Below, piece after piece: positions 26,111 through 34,150 of a stretch of DNA of 37,099 nucleotides (position 1 is its first letter; each line of letters opens with the position of its first letter). The notes under the pieces are model-generated. The model was not told where the DNA came from and searched no databases. It saw nothing but the letters and a program-made list of their open reading frames with translations. Location of the stretch: the IMG/VR virus record IMGVR_UViG_3300017716_002706, positions 1-37,099 of that record, one strand, 5' to 3'. Source of the DNA: a virus. Lineage: Duplodnaviria > Caudoviricetes. A program made the translations under genes and the position numbers.

Positions 26111-26704
26111 CTATGCAGCGCTCCTTTCTCGCCGCTCCCGTCGATCCCGGATCAGGCGGCCGGACCTCGTTCTCACCGATGCCAGCGATGCACAGGCGGA
26201 GCGGAGCGCGGCACCCTGGGCGTGGGAATGGGTCTCGCCGGTCCATTGCTGGACGACCGGACGCCAGCGGGTGATCAGGTCGGCGTCGGGTTTCAGCAGG
26301 GCGTAGAGCATCCCGATGTCACGGGGGGCCATGGCCTCCTCAATGACCACGAGCATTTCGCCAGCTGCGATCTGGTCGGCGGTGATGTTCTGGCCCGGTG
26401 CGCCGTCGTTCGACGCCCGGATGAAATCAGGGCGGCGCTCTTGACCACTCTCCCCCGAGGCCGTGCGGATCACGATGTCCAGCCAGTCCACCGCATCCCG
26501 TTCCGCCGAGGGGCTGGGCAACAGGGCGTTGAAGCAGTTCATCCGCCATGCGCCAGTGAGCCGGCCGGTGCGGGGGTCTACGTTGACCGCCGTGCTGGGC
26601 TGGGCTCGAACGGCCTGGATCATCTCTGCATTGGCCTCCCGCTCCGCGCGGTGGCGAGCGGCCTCAGCCGGGTCGAACGGCTTGTTTTTCTTCCGGCGGG
26701 TCAA
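26111..26704 (-). CDS. Hypothetical protein in the late-regulator (Q-like) position
   Basis: Last gene before the late leader; 197 aa with basic termini; function inferred from position only. Confidence 0.6.
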   Translation of the reverse strand: MTRRKKNKPFDPAEAARHRAEREANAEMIQAVRAQPSTAVNVDPRTGRLTGAWRMNCFNALLPSPSAERDAVDWLDIVIRTASGESGQERRPDFIRASNDGAPGQNITADQIAAGEMLVVIEEAMAPRDIGMLYALLKPDADLITRWRPVVQQWTGETHSHAQGAALRSACASLASVRTRSGRLIRDRRERRERSAA

Positions 26705-27609
26705 GCGGCTTCTCCAGTCTGGCGGGGGGAGTCATTGGCGGGGCGGGGCAGGCCGTCGAACTCAGCGAGGAGGGCGACGGGAGCGCGGCATCCGGGCTGT
26801 CCGGGTTTCGGTCCCATCCTGTCGCTCCAGAGGCCTTCCTCGCGGTGCAGGGCCAGGGCGGCCCGCCATCGATCGTCGTCCCAGGCTGGCCGCGACGTGT
26901 CCGGCTCGATGAAGCTCGCCCATCGGTCGTTCTCGATCAGCCGGTGGACGCCCTTGGCCTTGTCGCCAGCGTAGGTTTGCGAGGCGTAAGCAGCGACCAG
27001 ACCGGCGCGGACACTGGCAGGGTCGTTACCGCGCCGCATCGCTGCCGTGAGGGCGGTCTTGACGTCCGCTCGGCTGGATCGCTGCCGGGCTTCCCGAGGT
27101 GCGATGGTCCATATCGCCTCAACGTCATCCGGCTTCGGCGTCGGTCGGGCCGCAGGCTCGGCGGACAAGACAGGTGACGGTTCACCTGACGGTTCCTCTG
27201 ACGGTTCAAACGTAGTGAGCCCGGAAATCTGTTCCGGTTGGATCGACGTAGATTTCCGGTTGGATCGACGTAGATTTCCGGTTGGCCTTGTGGAAGCTGC
27301 TTCCGGTTGGCCTTCCGGCATTTCTTTCCGGTTGGCCTTGGCGAAGGCGATCAGGGTGATCTCGTCCGAGGTCCGCGAACCGTCTTTCCGCTGCCGGTGA
27401 ACGCGCTTGATGACACCACGCTCCTCAAAGGTGGTCAGCACTGCCCGCACCGTGCGATCGGTGCACGCGGCCTGCGCGGCGATGTTGTCCTGTCCGGGGA
27501 AGCACATGCCGTCCCCGTCTGCATAGTTGGCCAGGACCAGCAGGATCGCCTTTTCGGTCGGGCTCTTGACGTCGAACGACAGCGCCCATGTGATTGCCTG
27601 AACGCTCAC
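26701..27609 (-). CDS. Replication initiator with N-terminal HTH (lambda O-like role)
   Basis: EKAILLVLANYAD..G.CFPGQ..IA...CTDRTV; internal iterons; adjacent to DnaB. Confidence 0.85.
   Translation of the reverse strand: MSVQAITWALSFDVKSPTEKAILLVLANYADGDGMCFPGQDNIAAQAACTDRTVRAVLTTFEERGVIKRVHRQRKDGSRTSDEITLIAFAKANRKEMPEGQPEAASTRPTGNLRRSNRKSTSIQPEQISGLTTFEPSEEPSGEPSPVLSAEPAARPTPKPDDVEAIWTIAPREARQRSSRADVKTALTAAMRRGNDPASVRAGLVAAYASQTYAGDKAKGVHRLIENDRWASFIEPDTSRPAWDDDRWRAALALHREEGLWSDRMGPKPGQPGCRAPVALLAEFDGLPRPANDSPRQTGEAA
27221..27335. repeat. Iteron array, probable replication origin
   Basis: TTCCGGTTGG at 27232, 27254, 27276, 27301 and 27326, including a perfect 22-bp tandem, plus an inverted CCGGAAATCT at 27221. 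Confidence 0.8.
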
Positions 27610-29021
27610 TGCACTCCCCTTCGGTCACGGATGGCCGAACAGGCGATGTCGCAGAGCGTTTCAACCTCGCCCGTGGGGCCGTTGTTGTTCTTCTCGACCA
27701 GCCACCAGAGCTTGCGCCTGACCTTGTCCAGCTTCTGCTTCCATTCGACCATTGCCTCGTGGTCGGTGTCGTCCTCCGGGCGGCGGCAGTAATACTCCGG
27801 CCGGTAGAGGAACATGACCAGACGGGCGTCCTGTTCGATCTCCCCCGACCAGCGGAGGTCGGAAAGGCCGGGGCGCTTGTCGGCGTTCGTTCGGGCCTCG
27901 ACCTGACGGGAGAGCTGGCAAAGGGCCACCACGGGCACGTCCAGCCGCTTCGCCATCTCAGCCAGGCCGCGCGAGATGTCCCCGACCTCGGCCACCTTGT
28001 TGCCCTTGCGGTCGTTGTCCGCCTTGGCGATGGTCAGGTGGTCAACGATGATCGCACCGGGATCTATGCCTTGGCGAGACCAATCTCGAATGGCACGGCG
28101 GGCGCTGGCCTCCATGGAGGAGGTCGTGAGACCCGGACGGGTGTCGAACAGCAGCGGCCACCCGGCCATCTGATCCTCGGCCCGCTCGAGGGCCTGCCAT
28201 TGGTGGCGCTGGAGCTTGCCCCGGTCGGCGTCGAAATACGTCGGGTTCTCGCTCTGGCCGGAATAGACGTGAGCGTCAGGATCGAAGGCCAGATCGCAGG
28301 CCATACGAAGCCCCAGGGCGACCTTGGGCATCTCCATGGAGAAGAACGCCACGCCCTTGCCTTGAGAGGCCAGAGACCGGGCCACGGACAGCCCGGCACT
28401 GCTTTTGCCCATGGCGGGGCGTCCGGCGATGATCTGCATCTCCCCGCGCCGCAAGCCGCCGGTCATGGCGTCCAGTTCGGTCAGGCCCGTGGGCAGTTCG
28501 ATCCGGCCTTTGCGAACCTGGGCCTGCCGCACCGCGTCCCCGACGATGGAAGACGCGCGAGACCATGCCGAGGACGACGGGCCGGTCGATGCCAGATCGG
28601 CCAGCGCGCGTTCGGCGTCGATGACATGGATTTCGGCGGGCTTGTCAGGATCAGCAGCGGCGTCGCGGATGGCAGCGGCAGTGGCTATCAGGCCCCGGCG
28701 CAATGCCCCATCCTGGATCGCCCGGCCATACTCCCCGGCCGTCGCGGACGGCGGGGCCTTGTCCATCAGGTCCGCGAGATAGGCGACACCCTTGAAGTCG
28801 ATGAAAGCAGGATCAGTCTGGAATCGGTCCGCCATGATGATCGGATCGACCAGACGGCCGGCGCGGATCGTTTCGACAATCGCTGACCACAGGCGTTGAT
28901 GGAACGGCTCGGCAAAGTCGCCCGGCCGCACGTCATCGGGCAGGCAGGCGTTGTCCATGAAGACCGCGCCGATCAGGGCTTGTTCGGCCTCCAGATTGGA
29001 CGGGAGGGGCGAGACGGTCAT
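27606..29021 (-). CDS. dnaB: DnaB-like replicative helicase
   Basis: EAEQALIGAV, IAGRPAMGKS, FFSMEM, IVDHL, LCQLSRQVE and DLRWSGEIEQDA. Confidence 0.95.
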   Translation of the reverse strand: MTVSPLPSNLEAEQALIGAVFMDNACLPDDVRPGDFAEPFHQRLWSAIVETIRAGRLVDPIIMADRFQTDPAFIDFKGVAYLADLMDKAPPSATAGEYGRAIQDGALRRGLIATAAAIRDAAADPDKPAEIHVIDAERALADLASTGPSSSAWSRASSIVGDAVRQAQVRKGRIELPTGLTELDAMTGGLRRGEMQIIAGRPAMGKSSAGLSVARSLASQGKGVAFFSMEMPKVALGLRMACDLAFDPDAHVYSGQSENPTYFDADRGKLQRHQWQALERAEDQMAGWPLLFDTRPGLTTSSMEASARRAIRDWSRQGIDPGAIIVDHLTIAKADNDRKGNKVAEVGDISRGLAEMAKRLDVPVVALCQLSRQVEARTNADKRPGLSDLRWSGEIEQDARLVMFLYRPEYYCRRPEDDTDHEAMVEWKQKLDKVRRKLWWLVEKNNNGPTGEVETLCDIACSAIRDRRGVQ

Positions 29022-29350
29022 CCCTCGCCCCCATCGTTCGCCGCGTTCGTGAAAAGCTGTTCAGCCCGTGCCCGTGCATTCGGCCCGGAGAGGATCGCCT
29101 GCTGGGCTTCAGCCGCGATGATGGACGACGCCCCGGCGTGATCCAGGGTGGCGGTCAGGGCCTCGCGCACGGCCTCCAGAACGCCCTTGCAGTGGCGGAC
29201 CTTGTCGGGCTCGGGGATTTTCAACAGGGACACCAACGTTACCATCCGGGCGTCAGACGTCACCCGCGCATCACGGGCCTTCGTGGCACCGGAGCGACGG
29301 TCCTTGTCGATCTTCGCGATCACGGCATCGGAGAAGTCGCGGCGTTTCAT
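29018..29350 (-). CDS. Hypothetical protein (110 aa)
   Basis: MKRRDFSDAVI...; ATGA coupling on both sides. Confidence 0.7.
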   Translation of the reverse strand: MKRRDFSDAVIAKIDKDRRSGATKARDARVTSDARMVTLVSLLKIPEPDKVRHCKGVLEAVREALTATLDHAGASSIIAAEAQQAILSGPNARARAEQLFTNAANDGGEG

Positions 29351-30108
29351 GCGACCGCATCCCAGACGCCGGGATCTTCGTTGGCCGCGCGAGGGGTGGG
29401 CGCGACACGGTCGTAACGGGTCAGGGCCGATGCGGTCTTGGCCTGCTGTCTGGGGGCCAGACGGGGCGACGCACTGGTAAAGGCGATGGCCGCGTGGCCG
29501 GAACAATACGACCCGCGCTCAACCGGGTTGCAGCACGCCAGCATGGTCAGGCCCTCGCCGATGGGCCATTTGCAGGCGTCGAACCGGGGGGCTTGCAGGA
29601 AGGGGCGGGCGTTCGGGCTTTCGACCGTGATCTGGCCAGCGCGGATCAGTGCGGCCCGACCCTTGGCCGCGCGCTCCTCGGCAAGGCGTTCGGCCTCGGC
29701 TCCGGTCGGCTGGATGCCCTTGAACGGAACGGCGGGGCGAGAAAGCAGTTTCGGGCGTGGCTTCTTGACGCTCGTGTCATGTCTGACCTTGCGGGCCGGG
29801 TCGCGCATCTTGCCGGTCCTGAACAGGATGCCGATGATCGAGTTGCGGGTTCGGCCTGGGTGGACCTTGGCGATCTCCCCGGCGCTCTCACCCCGTGCGT
29901 ATCGCTCCTGAACGTCTGCGATCTCCCCGGCCGACCAGCCCTTGCCCCTGCCTTCGCGCCCCTCCCTATCGGGCAGCCCGAGGGTGATCCGATAGGCATA
30001 GACCGAGCTGGAGACCATGTTCAGGGCCTCCCCGATTTCGAGCAGGTCCGCGCCTTCGTTCCACATACGGATCAGGGTGGCGGCGTTCTCCGGGCTTCGT
30101 TTCGTCAC
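29347..30108 (-). CDS. gcrA: GcrA-family transcription regulator with an extra N-terminal HTH
   Basis: WSAGEI...GESAGEIA...TRNSIIGILFR and C-terminal CKWPIGE...C...YCSGHAAIAF. Confidence 0.8.
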   Translation of the reverse strand: MTKRSPENAATLIRMWNEGADLLEIGEALNMVSSSVYAYRITLGLPDREGREGRGKGWSAGEIADVQERYARGESAGEIAKVHPGRTRNSIIGILFRTGKMRDPARKVRHDTSVKKPRPKLLSRPAVPFKGIQPTGAEAERLAEERAAKGRAALIRAGQITVESPNARPFLQAPRFDACKWPIGEGLTMLACCNPVERGSYCSGHAAIAFTSASPRLAPRQQAKTASALTRYDRVAPTPRAANEDPGVWDAVA

Positions 30109-30266
30109 GATTTCACCGCCTTGATTCCAATGATGATGACCGACGTTCCCTCGGGCAGCGGTTCGTCACAGAACAGCGGGAGCGCCCGGCCCCCGACGAA
30201 CACGCGGTGCAAGCCGTCGCGGCCGGTGAAGCCCTTCTCGACGGTGTAGGTCTGGGGCCGGTTCAT
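30105..30266 (-). CDS. Hypothetical protein (53 aa), absent from the ORF track
   Basis: MNRPQTYTVEKGFTGRDGLHRVFVGGRALPLFCDEPLPEGTSVIIIGIKAVKS*; ATGA and GTGA coupling to its neighbours. Confidence 0.7.
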   Translation of the reverse strand: MNRPQTYTVEKGFTGRDGLHRVFVGGRALPLFCDEPLPEGTSVIIIGIKAVKS

Positions 30267-30469
30267 GAGTGACCCCTCAGCGCGGCATGGACGACGGCCC
30301 GGCGCTTGGCCCGGATCAGCCCAATGTCCTGTGTGGCAATGGCGCGGCGTTCGGCCCGGCGGGTCGCGGCCTGAAACCGGGCATAGGCGATCCGGCTCCT
30401 GATCTGGCGGAAACCGGAGGTGAGGGCCTTCAAGGCAAGGTCGCCAGCGTTCAAGATGTGGCCGGTCAT
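30263..30469 (-). CDS. Small basic hypothetical protein (68 aa)
   Basis: ATGA-coupled on both sides. Confidence 0.65.
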   Translation of the reverse strand: MTGHILNAGDLALKALTSGFRQIRSRIAYARFQAATRRAERRAIATQDIGLIRAKRRAVVHAALRGHS

Positions 30470-30906
30470 CCCACCACCCTCAGGGTCGGGCGCAGCCGCA
30501 TCGTCGCGTCGTATTCAGCCTGGGCCGCCTCAAGGTTCTTCCGGGCGGCGCGCTGGGCCAGCTTCTCCTCGCCGTCTTCGATGATCCCGTCTTCGGTGAT
30601 CTGGTGGAGGACGGCGAGGCTTTCGGCGGCGGCGGCGACGCCATGGACGGCGGCGGTGATCGCGTCCTTCTTCGTCTCGCATTCCACCCGCCGGGCGAGC
30701 GCCCCGGTGACGACGGGAGAACCACAGACGGCCTCCAGCTTCACGATCTGCATGACGGTCGGGAGGTCGTCGGTCGCGGTCGAGATCAGCGCCCCGACCC
30801 TTTGACGGGATATGCCGAGGAAGGTGGCCGCCGCGTCCTGCGTGCCGATGGCGTCCACAAGCTGGGCGAACAGCGCCTTGAGTTCAGAGAGGGCGATGGG
30901 TTGCAT
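30466..30906 (-). CDS. CII-like HTH regulatory protein (146 aa)
   Basis: GTQDAAATFLGISRQRVG (HTH) and DGIIEDGE motif; downstream of cro. Confidence 0.65.
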   Translation of the reverse strand: MQPIALSELKALFAQLVDAIGTQDAAATFLGISRQRVGALISTATDDLPTVMQIVKLEAVCGSPVVTGALARRVECETKKDAITAAVHGVAAAAESLAVLHQITEDGIIEDGEEKLAQRAARKNLEAAQAEYDATMRLRPTLRVVG

Positions 30907-30943
30907 ATTCAACTGCCTCGGCAAGGTGACGGGGAAGGGGGGA

Positions 30944-31240
30944 TCAGGCGATGATCGGGGCGGGTTCAGGAGGAAGCGCGCCGTGGTCATTCGCTCCGTG
31001 CAGCTTTGGTTCGGCCTTTCGGTCGAAGATGGCGGCGAGTGTGCTTTGCGTCCGGTCCGCAGCCTTTGCGGCCTCCAGATCGGCAGTGATCTGGGGGAGG
31101 GATGGGACGACTTGAGCGGCGAGTTGAGAAAGAGCCTCCCGCGCCTGCGCCTCGTTTCCGTTCGCGAAGGCCCGCTCGATATGCGCGACGCACCCGACCA
31201 CGGCCTTGAGGTTCAAGAGGTGGATGACCTCACGACGCAT
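30944..31240 (-). CDS. Hypothetical protein (98 aa)
   Basis: GGAGG RBS before MRREVIHLL; helical composition. Confidence 0.6.
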   Translation of the reverse strand: MRREVIHLLNLKAVVGCVAHIERAFANGNEAQAREALSQLAAQVVPSLPQITADLEAAKAADRTQSTLAAIFDRKAEPKLHGANDHGALPPEPAPIIA

Positions 31241-31264
31241 CGGGGCCTCCGGTGAAAGCTGCAC

Positions 31265-31410
31265 ACCGCCCGGCGCGGGAGGGGGAGGGACGCCGGGCGG
31301 TGGCTTCCAGAGGCTGCGTGGTCGCTCGCCTCCGAAACTGGAATGAGGTCGCCCCGACCAGATCTTCGGTCCGGTCAGGGCTGACGCAACGCCCAGGGGG
31401 AGCGTCGCGT
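31265..31410 (-). ncRNA. Candidate structured RNA (three consecutive hairpins) downstream of cro
   Basis: 11-12-bp stems at 31384-31410, 31351-31381 and 31265-31301; G-U pairs form only on the - strand; two loops are C/U-rich. Confidence 0.45.
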
Positions 31411-31433
31411 GTCTGGGAAAGGGAGAGGGCCAT

Positions 31434-31679
31434 TCAGGCCGCCCGCTCTACGGCTTGGGCATCGTTGGCGGCGGTCGGGGGGTTCAACAGGTCAGCGGCT
31501 TTGACCTTGCCCTTCGTCGCCTTCTCCACCGCGACCGCACCGGCCAGCGACGGACGGCTCTTGGCGCGGCGGATGCGCGAGGCTTGCGAACGGGTGCAGC
31601 CGATGACCTGGGCCAGCCAGTTGTCATCGCGGCTATCGCCCATCCACAGGTCGAGTTTGGTTTTCGGCTTCGCTTCCAT
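31434..31679 (-). CDS. cro: Cro-like repressor (81 aa)
   Basis: LAQVIGCTRSQASRIRR...RPS...AVEKATKGKV..ADL; divergent from cI. Confidence 0.85.
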   Translation of the reverse strand: MEAKPKTKLDLWMGDSRDDNWLAQVIGCTRSQASRIRRAKSRPSLAGAVAVEKATKGKVKAADLLNPPTAANDAQAVERAA

Positions 31680-31685
31680 GACGCG

Positions 31686-31715
31686 ACTGTGCACCTGATG
31701 CACATTCAAGGTCAA
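31686..31715 (-). promoter_or_regulatory. pR-like promoter overlapped by operator TGTGCACCTGATGCACA (31688-31704)
   Basis: - strand TTGACC-N18-CACAGT, 6 nt before the cro ATG, suggesting a leaderless transcript. Confidence 0.7.
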
Positions 31716-31765
31716 GAGCTTTGTGCACGGTGGCCGCTCGCGCATTTTGCGATGGTGGGCAAAAC

Positions 31766-31782
31766 TGTGCACATGTCGCACA
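31766..31782. promoter_or_regulatory. Operator overlapping the cI start codon
   Basis: TGTGCA-CATGT-CGCACA, one mismatch to the palindrome; a half-site also at 31722. Confidence 0.7.
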
Positions 31783-32147
31783 CGACACGCCCAGCGCACT
31801 ATCTACGGCAATGGCGGGAACACGCCGCAATCCCGCTGACACAGGTCAAGGAGCGAGCTGCCGCCCTGTTTGATGATCGAGTGGTGGCCGAAGGCGAGGA
31901 GGTTGATCTGGGCAAGATTGGCCTCAGTCACTCGACCCTCAGCAGGATCGAGACGTTCAAGGTGCCCTACAATCAGGCGCTCCTCGAAATCCTGGCCGAG
32001 GTCTATGGGACAGACGTGCCCTCGCTGATCATGCGGAACCCGGCAGACCCGGACGGGCTATGGTCGATCTATGACCAGATACCGGCGGCAAATCGCCCGA
32101 CCGCTTTGCGAGTGTTGAGCGGATTCAAGACGGGAACGGACGGATGA
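31773..32147 (+). CDS. cI: CI-like XRE-family repressor lacking an S24 peptidase domain (124 aa)
   Basis: HYLRQWRE...LTQ...IGLSHSTLSRIE...LEILAEVYG; divergent from cro; alternative start at 31752. Confidence 0.8.
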   Translation: MSHTTRPAHYLRQWREHAAIPLTQVKERAAALFDDRVVAEGEEVDLGKIGLSHSTLSRIETFKVPYNQALLEILAEVYGTDVPSLIMRNPADPDGLWSIYDQIPAANRPTALRVLSGFKTGTDG

Positions 32148-32422
32148 CGCCGCTCGGGGATGACATCGCCAGTGGCATTAGACGCGCTCGGAAGAAACAG
32201 GGAAGAATGACGACCCTCGGCATCGCCATCATGACGTTGCTGGAGCTGGGCCTGCTTTGGCAAGTCGCCGGCAACGGGTCGCTCGTTGCTCTCGCCGTTC
32301 TTGTCATGCTTGTGGGCCTGCATACCCGTGTCATCGTGCGAGAGAGCGCCAGGATTACCTTAGATGAGCTACGCATCATTGAAGCGCGAGTTCGCATCGT
32401 CGAGGGTCACGGGCTTGGCTAA
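32144..32422 (+). CDS. Two-TM membrane protein coupled to cI (92 aa)
   Basis: ATGA overlap with the cI stop; two hydrophobic helices. Confidence 0.65.
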   Translation: MTPLGDDIASGIRRARKKQGRMTTLGIAIMTLLELGLLWQVAGNGSLVALAVLVMLVGLHTRVIVRESARITLDELRIIEARVRIVEGHGLG

Positions 32423-32652
32423 ACCGCTTCGGGCGGCACCTGACCCGCTCGCGACACCAGCACCGGCTCGTGCCAGAAATCGGCATCCGGGTTCCCCTTG
32501 ACGCTGTAAACTTCGACCCCAACAGCGCACCCCCTACAGGCCCTCGCGGCTCTGATCGCGGCACCCCTGCTTAGCAGCCGACGCATATGCCCTTTCGCCA
32601 GCTCGCCCTGTGATCTGACGTAGGGCTGCACACAGAAAATCGTCCGTTCCAT
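32419..32652 (-). CDS. Small hypothetical protein (77 aa)
   Basis: FCVQPY...GNPD...EPVLVSRAGQVP resembles a small alphaproteobacterial family; convergent with the cI operon. Confidence 0.6.
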   Translation of the reverse strand: MERTIFCVQPYVRSQGELAKGHMRRLLSRGAAIRAARACRGCAVGVEVYSVKGNPDADFWHEPVLVSRAGQVPPEAV

Positions 32653-32728
32653 GCAGACATAGTCACCAGCTACGGTTGGCGGAGTCGAGGGCCTCGCTAA
32701 AGCCTACGTCCGATGTTGACGCATGGTG

Positions 32729-32781
32729 TGTGCATCCATTGCACAATCTGTTTGACAGGCGTGTGCATCAGGTGCACAGTC
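32729..32781 (+). promoter_or_regulatory. pL-like promoter with two operators
   Basis: TTGACA(32752)-N17-CACAGT(32775); operators TGTGCA-TCCAT-TGCACA (32729-32745) and TGTGCA-TCAGG-TGCACA (32762-32778). Confidence 0.85.
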
Positions 32782-32807
32782 TCCTCACACACCGAGGAGC
32801 TATCGCA

Positions 32808-33095
32808 ATGCCCACCGACACCCGCGCCGCCGCCGACAAGCTGGACAACGAATACCATTTCTACGCCCGCGAGAATGGCGACGGCTTCAGTGACCACGAC
32901 TATCGCGGTTCCTATGAATACCGCGAGGAGGGCTATCGTCTGGGCGAGCAGGCTTACGATATGCCCGCCGAGGATCGGGAGGATTGGGTTGATGTCGAGA
33001 CCTATGCATTCCCCGAGTGCGCCCGTCGCCTGATCTGGGCTGCTGCCGAGTTCCGCATCGCTGAACTGGCGAAAGCCGAACGGGTGGCCGCATGA
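32808..33095 (+). CDS. First early-left protein, acidic and aromatic-rich (95 aa)
   Basis: GAGGAG RBS just after the pL-like promoter. Confidence 0.75.
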   Translation: MPTDTRAAADKLDNEYHFYARENGDGFSDHDYRGSYEYREEGYRLGEQAYDMPAEDREDWVDVETYAFPECARRLIWAAAEFRIAELAKAERVAA

Positions 33096-33358
33096 TGGCC
33101 CCCGCCGAGGGCCTTCGCCCGATCTCTGAACCCATCGCCCGGATCATGTCGGGCATCCGGCGCATCCCCGCCTACACAGCGGAGGGGGGCATGGTTCTGG
33201 GGATGTTCGAGCGTCACCCGATGACGACGCTGGAGGCCCGCAGGCGCATCCTGATCCACGCTGAAAACGCCATCGCCGGTGTCTGTGACGACACCACAGC
33301 GGGGGAGATCATCGCCGACCTGATCCACGCCATCCGGGAAGCCGAGGGGGCAGCATGA
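33092..33358 (+). CDS. Hypothetical protein (88 aa)
   Basis: ATGA coupling on both sides. Confidence 0.7.
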   Translation: MMAPAEGLRPISEPIARIMSGIRRIPAYTAEGGMVLGMFERHPMTTLEARRRILIHAENAIAGVCDDTTAGEIIADLIHAIREAEGAA

Positions 33359-33564
33359 CCATGCACCCCGACGCCATGGACCGGATCATTCCGGACGCCC
33401 CATGGGAAGCCGCCCGTGCTCGATATGCAGAACTGGCGACCGATGACCGGCCCGGCGACCCGTATGACGTGCCGCTCGATCCGCAGGACGAGCCCCGGCC
33501 GATGGTCTGGGCAATCGTCGCGGTCCTGCTGATCGGCCTCGCTTTCGTGGCGTCGATCCATTGA
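33355..33564 (+). CDS. Small protein with C-terminal TM helix (69 aa)
   Basis: ATGA coupling; MVWAIVAVLLIGLAFVASIH. Confidence 0.7.
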   Translation: MTMHPDAMDRIIPDAPWEAARARYAELATDDRPGDPYDVPLDPQDEPRPMVWAIVAVLLIGLAFVASIH

Positions 33565-33635
33565 CCGCCTTCATCGTCATCCTTTTCGCGGGCGGAATGC
33601 TTGCTGTCCTCTCTTACCCAAGGAAGCCGAAATGA
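33561..33635 (+). CDS. 24-aa single-TM peptide, absent from the ORF track
   Basis: TTG start overlaps the upstream TGA and the stop overlaps the downstream ATG; MTAFIVILFAGGMLAVLSYPRKPK*. Confidence 0.6.
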   Translation: MTAFIVILFAGGMLAVLSYPRKPK

Positions 33636-34150
33636 GCGCGACCCTTGCGCCCGACTACCGCATCCAGCGGGAAGCCGAGGCCGCGAAGGCCATCCGCGAG
33701 AGCCTGGCCAAACTGGGCGAGACCGACGCGGACCTTCTGCTGGACATGACCGAAGGCGAGACCTCGCTCTTCGAGTGCATCGACGCGCTGCTGCTGCGGA
33801 TGGCCAGCGACAAGGCTCTGGTGGTCGGCACGGAGTCGGTGATCTCCGATCTGGAGGCCCGGAAGCGCCGGGTCGAGAAGCGGATCGAGTTCGACCGGGG
33901 CTTGATCGAACAGGCCATGGCGATTGCCGAGCTGCCGAAGATCGAACGCCCCGCCGCGACCCTCTCTCTGGCCAACCGCGCCCCGTCCCTTCGGATCGAC
34001 AACGAGGCCGACATTCCAGCCGAGTTCTGGACGACCGGCGCGCCGAAGCTGGAGCGCAAGGCCATCACCGACGCCCTGAAAGAGGGCCGATCCATTCCCG
34101 GCGTCGCGCTGTCGAACGCCGCCCCATCCCTCACAGTCCGGACAAAGTAA
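33632..34150 (+). CDS. Siphovirus Gp157-family protein
   Basis: Coiled coil plus IPAEFW...PKLERKAITDALKEGRSIPGVAL; directly upstream of the annealing protein. Confidence 0.85.
   Translation: MSATLAPDYRIQREAEAAKAIRESLAKLGETDADLLLDMTEGETSLFECIDALLLRMASDKALVVGTESVISDLEARKRRVEKRIEFDRGLIEQAMAIAELPKIERPAATLSLANRAPSLRIDNEADIPAEFWTTGAPKLERKAITDALKEGRSIPGVALSNAAPSLTVRTK

Noticed and set aside
31230-31433. 67-aa ORF directly after cro
   Set aside because: Pro/Arg-rich with no clear RBS and coincident with three strong hairpins. An RNA element is favoured, although translation is not excluded.
32640-32720. LexA (SOS) box upstream of the 77-aa gene
   Set aside because: No GTTC-N7-GTTC or GAAC-N7-GAAC match found by eye.
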